Of a stretch of DNA of 64,000 nucleotides, positions 53,046 through 64,000 are shown piece by piece. Numbering within the stretch: position 1 is the stretch's first letter; every line of letters begins with the position of its first letter. Source of the stretch: Octopus sinensis (taxonomy: Eukaryota); contig NC_043009.1 of assembly GCF_006345805.1 (NCBI RefSeq), forward strand, positions 33,666,001-33,730,000, written 5' to 3'. The position numbers and the translations under genes are program-made. Under the pieces are notes generated by a model that ran no database searches, had not been told where the DNA came from, and saw nothing but the letters and a program-made list of their open reading frames with translations.

Positions 53046-53255
53046 CTGTTCTTTTTCCACAGAAACAGCTGTAACCTGTCTCTGTAATGACTCTTTGGAT
53101 GCTTCCAAGCGGCAACAAAGATCTCGAACTGCATTAATATCTTGAGTCAAGTTTTGTTTCTCATCATCATACTGCTGAAGATTCTCTTCCAGTTTTGACA
53201 AAGTACGATTCAAATTGGAAACTTGGAGTTCATAAGCTTGCTGTGCTCCTAGGTG
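53046..53255 (-). CDS. CEP135: CEP135 exon (210 bp)
   Basis: ttatag|...|gtagg; HLGAQQAYELQVSNLNRTLSKLEE...VRDLCCRLEASKESL. Confidence 0.93.
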
Positions 53256-53698
53256 CTATAAAAGACAAAGGACAATATTGTAGATATCTTCTTGTTTTTC
53301 CATCTCACATGATCATAAGATCAGATCTTACGGATGTGTTTGTATTTTGCAGGGAGAGACTGGACCCAACCAGAAACACTAAAGTGAAATGGGAACTTCT
53401 TTTCTTTGATTTTGGAACAGTCCAATCTGGAGTTGCCATTATTGGATTCCATCTTATTGTTTGGATGATTTGGAAAATATCACAAAGAATACAAAAGGCT
53501 GCACATTTACAAAGTGAAAACAACAAGAGTTTCGTACTTTGGCACAAGACCAGCAATTTTTTGCAGGGCGGGGGGGAGACATTTAGTTGATTACATCAAG
53601 TTCATTTATTTATTTTTTGGATTAATTATTACGCTACTGGATCAGGTGCTAAATCTATAAAGAATTGAAGATGTAAAGAAAATGTATTTCAAACTAAC

Positions 53699-53884
53699 CT
53701 CATGAATTTCTATATCCATGCGTTCCAGCTTCTCTTTAAGCATTCTAATTTCAGATTCTTTCGAAATAACTTCTAAACGAAGATTTGAACCCTCAGTCTC
53801 CAGTTGATGATTGGTATTTTGGTACTGCTCCGCTTCAGCAGACAAAGTACGATATTGCTCCAGCATGTCAGAGCGTTCTTGTTC
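53699..53884 (-). CDS. CEP135: CEP135 exon (186 bp)
   Basis: ttcag|...|gttag; EQERSDMLEQYRTLS...SNLRLEV...EIHE. Confidence 0.92.
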
Positions 53885-54003
53885 CTGAAAGAGACACAAC
53901 CAATTTTGCTTTGTTTCAAATTTACTTCAAATCTCTTCTAAATAAGGAACATTTCCTGACATTAATCTAAAAAATTCACAGAAGTTTCAAGTAAAACACT
54001 GAC

Positions 54004-54114
54004 CTTTGATGACAGCAAATCGCCAACTCTTTGCACTTCCATCATGTAGCTTTGAATTTGCTTCTTTAAAGAATCTTTCTCTTCTAAACAATTTTGCAGA
54101 TCTTTATTGATAAC
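54004..54114 (-). CDS. CEP135: CEP135 exon (111 bp; not in the ORF track)
   Basis: gtcag|...|gtcagt; VINKDLQNCLEEKDSLKKQIQSYMMEVQRVGDLLSSK. Confidence 0.9.
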
Positions 54115-54789
54115 CTGACAGAAAACATAGGGAAAACATCTTCAAGTCTCACCAACATATCGCAACACATTAATACAAAACTATTTTGCTTATTCTTCTC
54201 ATTTTCAGCATATAAATTGCCTCACCATCCATCCATCCATCCAACTTTAGACATAATTATCTGTAACTTGATACAATAAAGTGTTCCCTGAGGATCCATT
54301 ATTGTTGAGCATCAAAATGCATTTGGGACATCTATCACAGGGCTCTAAACAATCAGAATGGTGAAATGCACATAAGACTGCAATTTCACTTGGCTTGATA
54401 GGTCTCTGCTCAAGCACAGAATAATGCCAAAGGGGTTGGTCATTCGTCATTGCTTCCACAAGACCCAACACTCGAAAGGTGCTTTTCACATGCCACTGGT
54501 ATCGGCCACTTTGTCTCTGTGGGGCCCAATGCTCAAAAGGTGCTTTTTATGTGCCACTGGCATGGGTGCCAGTTATGTGACACCAGCATCAGCCAGAATT
54601 ATGCTTTCACTGAGTTTGATGAGCCCTATCAAGCACAGCATATTACCAGAGACCTCGGTCACTAGTCATTGCCTCTGTAAGGCCCAAAGCTTGAAGATCA
54701 TGCTTCACCACCTTATCTATATGTCCAAACTATTAAAGGAGTAGCATTAAAATTCTGCAGAACTATTTATTCAAGCAAAAATTTCCTAC

Positions 54790-54958
54790 TTGATTTTCAC
54801 TTGTCATTACAGCTAAGTCTTCTTGAAGCCGTTTATTCTCACGTAGAACTGCATCTTTATTGCGACTGGTTTCGTTGAATTCATCAGACATCTTATCAAA
54901 CTGCCTCTTTATACTCTTCATCTCACGTTCTTTTAGAGAAAGACTGCTGTTCACATGT
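54790..54958 (-). CDS. CEP135: CEP135 exon (169 bp)
   Basis: ttgtag|...|gtagga; EREMKSIKRQFD...ENKRLQEDLAVMTSENQ. Confidence 0.92.
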
Positions 54959-54964
54959 CTACAA

Positions 54965-55400
54965 CAAAAGAAGAATGACAGAATATTACAACAGAAGAAG
55001 AACAGAATATTACAACAGAAGAAGAATGACAGAATATTACAACAGAAGAAGAACAGAATATTATAACAGAAGAAGAATGACAGAATATTATGAGAAAAGA
55101 ACAACAGAAGAAGAATGACAGAATATTAACCCTTTAGCATTCAGTTTATTCTGTCAAATGTAATATTTATTTATTCACATTATTTTGTGTTAATCAGACA
55201 TTATCTCAGAGTTTCAAGATTTCAATAATGTGAGTGCTTATTTTTAGAATGACATTATAGGATAAGTGTAAGATGCCAGATCTGTCCTATTTGAACATAA
55301 AACAGGTAGAATATTTGGGCTGGATATGACTGCTAAAGAGTTAAAACAGAAAAAGAATGACAGAATATTATAACAGAAGAAGAATGACAGAATATTTCAG
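54965..55400. repeat. 24/27-bp minisatellite interrupted by a piggyBac-type MITE (55130-55340, TTAA duplicated)
   Basis: ACAGAAGAAGAA(TGA)CAGAATATTACA units. TTAA|CCCTTTAGCA...TGCTAAAGAG|TTAA. Confidence 0.85.
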
Positions 55401-57029
55401 AGAATATCAAATACTAAAGGATAAGAGAAACTGCAAACGACCAACATCACAATTCTATATTCAGCCCAAACCTTCATTTTAATGTCCACATTTCCATGCA
55501 TGTATGGGTGAGGAAGAATTCACAGGGGTCAATATTCTATAGTCAAACATCCTTCTGGTCAACAACCCTGTTTGCAAGCAAAGTAGTATTTCCAAATGGC
55601 CAGAAAATGTTTTTACAGAAAGTAAGAAACAAACGACACTGCTTGTATGACAGTGACACTCATTTACAACTGTCATGAGATGTCAAGGCAAGGCAACACA
55701 TACACACACTTTCACACACACACACACACACATATATATACATTTAATCTTTTGAACTAATGGGTATATGTCGATTAGTGTGTTGAAGTGATGCGTAGGG
55801 TAGTGGCACAGTTAGGGCTGCCTGGTGTCATCTACAGTTGGGGTATATTTCTATTGGATCTACTACAGGAACTTGGCTGTGTTAGTTGAGATAATAATAA
55901 TAGTAATTTCTTAAGTAACCAGAAGATGGATTTGGTATTAATCTTTATTTTGTACAATGGTCATTTCGACCCATCCTGCTACTGTCCCTTATGGGTGGGA
56001 CTCTGTTCAACATGCTGTGTTGCATCCATTTTGCAGTCTGGGTCTCATCAGGCACATACATACATAAAGGTTTGTATCTCACTAAAGTTCCTGAGTTTAG
56101 GCTGTTGTGTTGTTATGTACCCATCTGATTAGGGAATGAAATAATGCTACAATTTTCAATTACTATTATGTTTCTTTAATAAGAATTGCAGGCATTTGGC
56201 GATATAGACGAATAACTGTTGATAAAAAAAAAAAATAAATAAATCTGTAGGGGAAGTGAATGGATGGACAAGGATGGATTGAGTTTCATTGGGTTTAAGA
56301 CAAAGGAAAGGCACTATAAAAAGGAAAGGGAAGATATATGCAGGCTAGAATGTGTAGGGGGCGAAAGGTTGTTTAGCTAGCTTAGGTTGGGATGCATATA
56401 CATACATTCTCGTACATACATTAACACAACGGACACCCATATGGTCAATTTTGGCCATAGTTCATATAATTTATGGTTGGAAGACAATCTCACCATAAGC
56501 TTGTCATCACAGTTACTGCAAGACTAGGGAAGCTCACAGACAGTCTGACTCATTCCACATCTATATCACTGAGGGTGAACCACACATCCCTACACCCATA
56601 TATACACACCCACCTGCATAATACACTCACACATATACATACATACATACATACACATACATACACATGTCAATATGTATATATTTACACATACATATAC
56701 ATACACATACCCACCTACATACATTTTTATACACACACATACACAGGTGTAATCATATACCCATATATATACGCACACACATCTACACCTTCTTCCACCC
56801 AGTCACTTGCTCTCCTTTCCCCTATTCTTACACCTGGGTAACCATGTATCTTTTATATCCCTCTATCACAATCAAACTTCCCCTCATCCCTTGGCACAAA
56901 GCCATTTTCCTCAGCTAATGGGAGGAGGGGTGGAGAGGAGGAGGGGAGATGAGGGGAGGAGGAGGGGGATGATGATGGTGATGATGATGAGGAGGAGGAG
57001 GAGGAGGGATTTGTAAAGAAGCTACTCAC

Positions 57030-57085
57030 TCAAGCTGAGATTCAAGCTGACTGATTTGCACTTTAAAGTCACTTATGGTTCTGTC
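57030..57085 (-). CDS. CEP135: CEP135 small exon (56 bp, phase 0/2; not in the ORF track)
   Basis: tttttcag|...|gtgagt; DRTISDFKVQISQLESQL; supplies the phase needed between the neighbouring exons. Confidence 0.85.
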
Positions 57086-57454
57086 CTGAAAAAGACATAA
57101 GAAAACAATGAACACACAAGGGAAATAAATTAAATTCAGTGCAACGTTCTAATAAGCATAGAACTTAACTTTCATACTCATGACTAATGAGAGAATAATA
57201 ACAACAATAATGATGGTTTCCTTTATTAGCAACGGTGATAAAGATGAAAGCAACAGACAACAATGATAGTCAACAATTTGTTTGGAGATTTACATAAAGG
57301 ACGGGGAGAAGAAATGGAAAAAACTGTGAAAGGCAATAAAAGTATGCAAAGTATGTGGTCACATGACTGATGCAGTCCTGATAAAGGAGAAACTTCAGCT
57401 AGGGCCAATCAAGGAACCCCACAGGCCCAGGATTATCCTGACCACCAAATGTCC

Positions 57455-57486
<32 letters not shown>

Positions 57487-57572
57487 TGAACAATGACAAC
57501 AGTAATAATAATTCATATTATTTCAATTTTTATTCTTTCATATTCTTTTAAATATATAATAATAATAATAAT

Positions 57573-58826
57573 AAATGCCCTGATGCAGTACCAGACAGTG
57601 GCTCTCATGGATTCTGATCTTAACTGATTGGAAGTGTTATCATGTACATTTCGCACTGGGGTCGATGTAATCGACTTAATCCCTTTGTCTGTCCTTGTTT
57701 GTCCCCTTTATGTTTAGCCCCTTGTGGGAAATAAAGAAATATATGAAAGATGGGCTACAACAAATATTCTGCTCAATACCACAGATTTGCTTGTCAGTTG
57801 TTTGACCTTAACCAGTTGAGCATGTCCCTTAGTGGCTGACGATATGTGCATCTCTGATCACGAGCAGAAGTAGTGGAGGAGCATCATAGCCATGTGTTGA
57901 GAGGATTCTGTAGGGTTTGAATAATTCACCTCTGGAAACATGGGTGTTTCGTTCAACATCCTTAAACAACCCTTACTCAGGGACCTTTTGAGCAGGATGG
58001 GTTACTCGACCAGAAGAAAAATTCTAACAGGGCCCCACCTGCAAGTGCAGCTTATCTTGATATGAGATCACATGTCGCACACATATAGTTGTGATGCATG
58101 TGCCTAGTGTACCCTTATCAGACGGGTAGTCATGATGGGTATATTTTACTCCAGTGTCACTTTGATGACATGCACTGCTCTCTCACTCAATAATAATAAT
58201 AATAATAAATGCCCTGATGCAGTACCAGACAGTGGCTCTCATGGATTCTGATCTTAACTGATTGGAAGTGTTATCATGTACATTTCGCACTGGGGTCGAT
58301 GTAATCGACTTAATCCCTTTGTCTGTCCTTGTTTGTCCCCTTTATGTTTAGCCCCTTGTGGGAAATAAAGAAATATATGAAAGATGGGCTACAACAAATA
58401 TTCTGCTCAATACCACAGATTTGCTTGTCAGTTGTTTGACCTTAACCAGTTGAGCATGTCCCTTAGTGGCTGACGATATGTGCATCTCTGATCACGAGCA
58501 GAAGTAGTGGAGGAGCATCATAGCCATGTGTTGAGAGGGATTCTGTAGGGTTTGAATAATTCACCTCTGGAAACATGGGTGTTTCGTTCAACATCCTTAA
58601 ACAACCCTTACTCAGGGACCTTTTGAGCAGGATGGGTTACTCGACCAGAAGAAAAATTCTAACAGGGCCCCACCTGCAAGTGCAGCTTATCTTGATATGA
58701 GATCACCATGTCGCACACATATAGTTGTGATGCATGTGCCTAGTGTACCCTTATCAGACGGGTAGTCATGATGGGTATATTTTACTCCAGTGTCACTTTG
58801 ATGACATGCACTGCTCTCTCACTCAA
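57573..58826 (+). mobile_element. Tandem dimer (period about 634 bp) of an (AAT)n-flanked retroposon
   Basis: Units start at 57573 and 58207, are near identical, and both carry the same internal SINE-tail insert that is absent from the 23051 copy. Confidence 0.88.
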
Positions 58827-58865
58827 TAATAATAATAATAATGATAATAATAATAATAATAATAA

Positions 58866-59240
58866 TGCTTTCTACGAAAGGCACAAGGCCTGAAATTTGT
58901 AGGGAGGGGACAAGTTGATTACATTGATCCCTATGTTTAACTGATACTTATTTAATCAACCATGAAAGGATAAAAGACAAAATCAACCTCAGCAGAATTT
59001 GAACTCAGAATCTAAAGATTAGAAGAAATGCCACTAAGTATTTTACCTGATGTGCTAATGATTCTGACAGTTTGCCACCTTTTTGTTAATAATAATCCTT
59101 TCTCCTGTAGGCACAAGGCCTGAAATTTTGGGGAAGAAATTAAGTTAATTACATCGATCCCCAGTGCATAACTGGTACTTATTTAATTGACTCCGAAAGC
59201 ATGAAAGGCAAAGTCGATATCGGTGGAATTTGAACAAGTA
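58866..59240 (-). mobile_element. Two decayed SINE copies (a further copy at about 61009-61225)
   Basis: The - strand carries TTCTGAGTTCAAATTCTGC.GAGGT.G..TTTG.CTTT.ATCC, a core resembling the Meta/Sauria-type SINE central domain. Confidence 0.6.
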
Positions 59241-59425
59241 GAGCTGTTTCACACAAACAATAACAATTCCAAGTTGTGTGGACATAGGCAAAATGGAATT
59301 ATATGAAAACAAAGGGAGGAGTGGAGATGCAACACAATAAACCAAAAGAAATTAAAAAGAATCTCCAAAATAATTACAGCACATTATAAGCTGACGACAT
59401 AATGCCAGAGAAATAATTAACAAAC

Positions 59426-59696
59426 CTTTGCAAGAAGTTCCTCCCTAAAAACAGCCAAACGTTCTGTTTTTTCATCAACAGTCATCTGTAAAGAATCTTT
59501 CTCTCGATCCATGGCATTAATTGTAGACTGAAGCTGGTTGATTTCATTGCGGCTCTGGTGTGAAACTTTCTCATATTCTTGCAGTTGTTCTTCTAAATTG
59601 CTTATTTTGTGGGTTTGATTATGAATGTCTTCTTCACGGTGGTTTAAACGGCGTTGGATTTCAGACAAAGAACGCTCTGCCTCTTCAGCTAAAAGT
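59426..59696 (-). CDS. CEP135: CEP135 exon (271 bp)
   Basis: tttaaaag|A CTT...AAG|gtttg; LLAEEAERSLSEIQRRL...SLQMTVDEKTERLAVFREELLAK. Confidence 0.92.
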
Positions 59697-59924
59697 CTTT
59701 TAAAGAAATAATTTTTCATGTTTTATAGAAAAATGAGTCAGTAGATTGGAAAGAATGAGTAAATAGATTCTGAAGAATGAAAAATTCCAAATACGTGTGT
59801 GTGTTATTCTCCCACCTGTATTCTACCTTTACTCTTTATTCTTCTATTTTATTCTTTATAAACTGTGAATATATTTTATTCCTTGTAAACTGTAAATTTT
59901 CCTTATCTAAAATGTTCATACTTT

Positions 59925-60000
59925 GTCTCTGATGATGGAATACCAAGTGTGTGGACATGCTAACCTACCACTTGGGTTATCCCAGAAACAGCTGTAAGAC
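59925..60000 (+). ncRNA. Minimal type-I hammerhead ribozyme motif (Penelope-type), antisense to CEP135
   Basis: Stem I GTCT/AGAC; core CTGATGA at 59929-59935; long stem II at 59936-59984; GAAA at 59985-59988; palindromic stem III ACAGCTGT; GUA cleavage triplet ending at 59996. Confidence 0.8.
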
Positions 60001-60096
60001 TTCATATTCACCTTACCCTAATTAAATTATTCTAAATGACTTGAGGTACTCGTTCTGCCTTGGTTTTGATTCTTACTCTAATATAATATATATATA

Positions 60097-60137
<41 letters not shown>

Positions 60138-60593
60138 TACAGGAATGGTAAAGATAGTGAAGTTAAAGAGAAAGTAGTTCTGAAGAAGTGAGGAATTTAC
60201 CTCTAGTAGCACCTTGTAATGGTGCTAGCATTAGCTATGGTGATGGAGCTGATGGTATGATGGTGGTGCCGATGGTGGTGTTGGTGGTGGTGGTGGTGGT
60301 ATGGTAATGATGCTTATAATGGTATAGTGACAGTAGTAGTTGTGGTGGTAATGATAATAGCAAAGCAAACAAAACAAAACCAGCATATCACCACCACCAC
60401 CATCACCATTACCTTCGTCATCACCATCACCATCATCATTACCAATACCACTACCACCATCATCATCATCATCACCAATACCACCAACCACCACCACCAC
60501 CACAATCACCTTCATAATCACAATCATCATTCTCACCATCATCACCTTCATTACAATCACAATAATCATCATCATCACCATCATCATCCTCAC

Positions 60594-60745
60594 CTCATTT
60601 GTGTTGCTGTCATCCTTTGTTTGGAAAGCTCTTCATGGGAATCCTGATATTGAACTGCCTGATTCTTGATTCGCTCTTCCAACGAATGGACGTCATCTTT
60701 CAGATTGTTCACACGTAACTGTAACTCATCTCGCTCAACTTCACT
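60594..60745 (-). CDS. CEP135: CEP135 exon (152 bp)
   Basis: aacag|AGT...AG|gtgagg; SEVERDELQLRVNNLKDDVHSLEERIK...MTATQMR. The 3' phase fits the next exon; the 5' boundary is less certain. Confidence 0.85.
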
Positions 60746-60975
60746 CTGTTTGTTGTTGTTGTTGTTGTTGTGTTGTTGCATAAATTACATAAAAGAAAAT
60801 GTAAGTAGTGGTAGTAGTAGTAGTAGTAGTTGTAGAGAACCACAAACATGTCTACAGAAGCAAACTCAATAAAGAAACAGAACCCACCAAAACAGTCCCG
60901 GGTCATTATAATCAACCAAGTTCATTGAAGGTAGGTGCCCCAGCATGGGCACAGACCAATAAATGAAACCAGTAA

Positions 60976-61008
<33 letters not shown>

Positions 61009-61799
61009 CCTTTCTACCAAAAGTACAAAGCTTGAAATTTTAAGGGGAGGGGACTAGTTGATTACACTGACCCCAGTGTTTTACTGGTCATTTTATAGAC
61101 CCCAAAAGGATGAAAGGCAAAGACAACCTCAGCAGAATTTGAACACAGAACATAAGGGTGGATGAAATGCTGCTAAGCATTTTGCCCAGCGTGCTAACAA
61201 TTCTGCTAGCTTGCCGCCTTAATATAATAATAATAACAATAATAATCAGACAAATACATAACAAAGACACCAGGACTAACAAGTATATATAATATACGGA
61301 AAATAGCACTACAAGGCACACAGAAGTGTGCTTGGAAGTGCAGTGAAAGCACGTGATAAAGATAAAACCACTGAATAATCTTGATAGTAGTAGTAGTAGT
61401 AGTAGACAGATAGTTGCCATGGGACCAAATACCTAATCAAGGGACATTAGGAAGAGCATCCAGCCAAAACAAACATTGGAGCTCAATGCAGCCCTCTGGA
61501 GCGCATGCTGGATTTTGTTAAACTGTTCAACTCATGCCAGCATGGAAGGCAGATGATAAAAGGGGATGATGCTGAAGATGATGCTGATGATGAAATCTCT
61601 CTTCTCCAGCCACTAACATTGTTTAAAGGAAGGGCAAACACCAATAAAATTGAATGCAAGTATCACCATAGGCAATGCCCCCTCAGAGGGCAAAGAGCAG
61701 AACCAAGTATCACATGGTACCTCATCCAATGTCTAATCAGAAACAGGTACCACTGGGCATTCAACCCAAAAGACCCTGCTTACTTATTTAGCAGTTTTA

Positions 61800-62116
61800 A
61801 CAGATCCGTGCCGGTGGCACATAAAAAGCACCATCCGATCGTGGCTGTTGCCAGCCTCGCCTGGCCCCCGTGCCGGTGGCAAGTAAATAGCACCATCCGA
61901 CCGTGGCCGTTTGCCAGCCCCGTCTGGCACCTGTGCCGGTGACATGTAAAAAGCACCCACTACACTCACGGAGTGGTTGGCGTTAGGCAGGGCATCCAGC
62001 CGTAGAAACATTGCCAGATCAGACTGGGCCTGGTGCAGCCTTCTGGCCTCCCAGACCCCAGTTGAACCGTCCAACCCATGCTAGCATGGAAAGCGGACGC
62101 TAAATGATGATGATGA
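61800..62116 (+). mobile_element. RTE-type 3' end with (GAT)n tail
   Basis: Matches 25600-25934. Confidence 0.8.
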
Positions 62117-62148
62117 AAGCAGACAAAAGTACAAACCAAATAACTCAC

Positions 62149-62226
62149 TAGACTTAACTGGCAACTAAGATCTTCCACTTTCTGTTCCAGATGAGCTCGT
62201 TCAGTTAACGATGAATCTGTGGACAG
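62149..62226 (-). CDS. CEP135: CEP135 exon (78 bp), the most 5' exon found; the gene continues beyond the window
   Basis: tttccag|...|gtgagt; TERAHLEQKVEDL resembles CEP135/TSGA10 NEKAHLEQRIEEL. Confidence 0.88.
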
Positions 62227-62523
62227 CTGGAAAGAAGGAAAAAAATCCAAGAAAATATTAAATTATTTTGGAAATCGAAATCGAAATCAATGACTGGCAT
62301 CTGTGCTAGTGGAGTGCTAAGAGCACCATCCGAGTGTGACTGTTGCTAGAGCAACTGACATTACTGACAGTACTTAACACAACAAAGCTTTACATTTTAC
62401 TTTTGACAAGCTTTTTCTAAAAAAATGAAACCAGTCAAGTAAATAAACATCTTTTAAAATTGCATTTTCAAACCTTCTTTCATATATATTTCCACTCGTG
62501 TGCTACCTTACAACTTCACTTTG

Positions 62524-62559
<36 letters not shown>

Positions 62560-62560
<1 letters not shown>

Positions 62561-63040
62561 CGTACCTTTCTTGCATTAGACACTAAACTCTGCTTGCGAA
62601 GACCTGTTAAGGCAAGCGAGACTGAAATCAAATTCAATGACAGAACCACGTGACTGGCATCCATGCTAGTGAAGAGCACCATCCAAGCGTGATCATTATC
62701 AGTGTCGCTTTACTGGTACTTGTACCGGTGGTACGTGAAAAACAACATTCGAGCGAGGGCGTTTCCAGTGCCACTTGACTGGCTCCTGTGCAGGTGACAC
62801 GTAAAAACACCATTTGAGCTAGGCTGTTGCCAGTACTGCCTGATTGGCCCTCATGCCAGTGGCACGTAAAAAACACCCACTACACTCTCAGAGTGGTTGG
62901 CGTTAGGAAGGGCATCCAGCTGTAGAAACTCTACCAGATCAGATTGGAGCCTGGTGCAACCATCTGGGTCACCAGTCCCCAATCAAACCGTTCAACCCAT
63001 GCCAACATGGAAAGTGGACATTAAACGATGATGATGATGA
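62560..63040 (+). mobile_element. Diverged-subfamily RTE-type 3' UTR with (GAT)n tail
   Basis: Same layout as 25400-25934 but with many substitutions. Confidence 0.75.
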
Positions 63041-63078
63041 TACACATACGTCTATACATATGCATGTATACATATACA

Positions 63079-63142
<64 letters not shown>

Positions 63143-64000
63143 TATATACATATAAGAGGGATGACCATAGTGGTCATCCTTCTTATATATATGTAATACA
63201 ATTTACTGAACTTTCAGGTTTTAATATGCTAGACCACTGGTGTTAAATTGATGTTAAATTAATATCCAATTTCTCACCCTCATTTTAAATTTATATATAT
63301 ATACACATACATAATATGTCTGTATGTAATGTGGTGGTGTGTGTAATGAGGTGGTGTGTATGTGTTGAGGAGGGTGATTGAATTAACTGGAGCAAGAAAA
63401 CTAAGTAGAGCAAGGAAAACATGAAGGAGACAGGTGGAGGTGGAGATTAGGAGGGTTAGTTTGTAAAAGGAGGATGCCCAAAACTGGGCAAGATGGCAAG
63501 ATGGTGTGAGGGCAATTGCTATGGCACTGAGGTAGATCCAGCCACGCCCCTTGATAGGGACAAAACCTGGATTTAAAACACTGTAAAGCCGAAATATAAC
63601 AATCTGCTTAATTATCATCACACAACACTTGCAACATACTTTAAACCTAAAAATTTAATCAAGCATCAATATAAATTTCTTAACCTTTTCGTTACTGTAT
63701 TTCTGTTGAGATGCTCCGTGTTTTTCTCAATTATTTTAGATATAACAAAGAATCTATTAAAATAACATAGTTATCATTAAGCTAGTGTTAGGAACATTAA
63801 TTATAACTAAGGTTTGGTGGAAGATTTTAATTTGAAACTTATGTAAACAAGACATTTGTATGCCAGAGCCAGTTTCAGCCCCAGGTTCGTAATGAAAGGG
63901 TTAAACCACCTCATCCTGAAGGGGCTTAGTGAAGTGTATTCTTGCATTTGGCTGATGTCTTATTTTTGAGAACAACCTCAACAGGTGTTATTAGTGCCCT

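Noticed and set aside
28197-63621. Many ORF-track entries rich in HT, CV, YI or poly-H/V/M (for example 28197, 30090-30481, 38980-39307, 44575-45086, 56473-57016, 60231-60647)
   Set aside because: These are translations of microsatellites with no splice or homology support.

Overview
AT-rich, microsatellite- and transposon-dense eukaryotic DNA. The repeat families (tRNA-headed SINEs, RTE 3' ends with (GAT)n tails) look like those of an Octopus-type cephalopod genome; this is inferred, not searched. There are two host genes, facing each other. (1) The 3' half of CEP135 lies on the - strand: 11 exons with GT-AG ends and consistent phases, 62226 to the stop at 47721. (2) A METTL7 (TMT1A/B-like) methyltransferase lies on the + strand. 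Its exon 1 is present twice because of a recent tandem duplication (about 3.1-16.1 kb versus 16.2-25.4 kb), and both copies have lost the exon-1 3' end and donor; the last exon (27338-27568) is intact. The duplication junction carries a 51-bp inverted templated insertion. The rest is mobile DNA: a head-to-tail Helitron concatemer, a Helitron with a PIF1-helicase fragment, mariner, a young CR1-type LINE, CRE and Penelope remnants, RTE 3' ends (one amplified into a ~340-bp array), SINEs and MITEs. The best unexpected signal is a complete minimal type-I hammerhead ribozyme fold (59925-60000) antisense in a CEP135 intron, plus decayed hammerhead-like cores in a SINE tail. There is no CRISPR array, rRNA or bona fide tRNA. 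All family assignments come from manual translation and motif recall; no database search was run.
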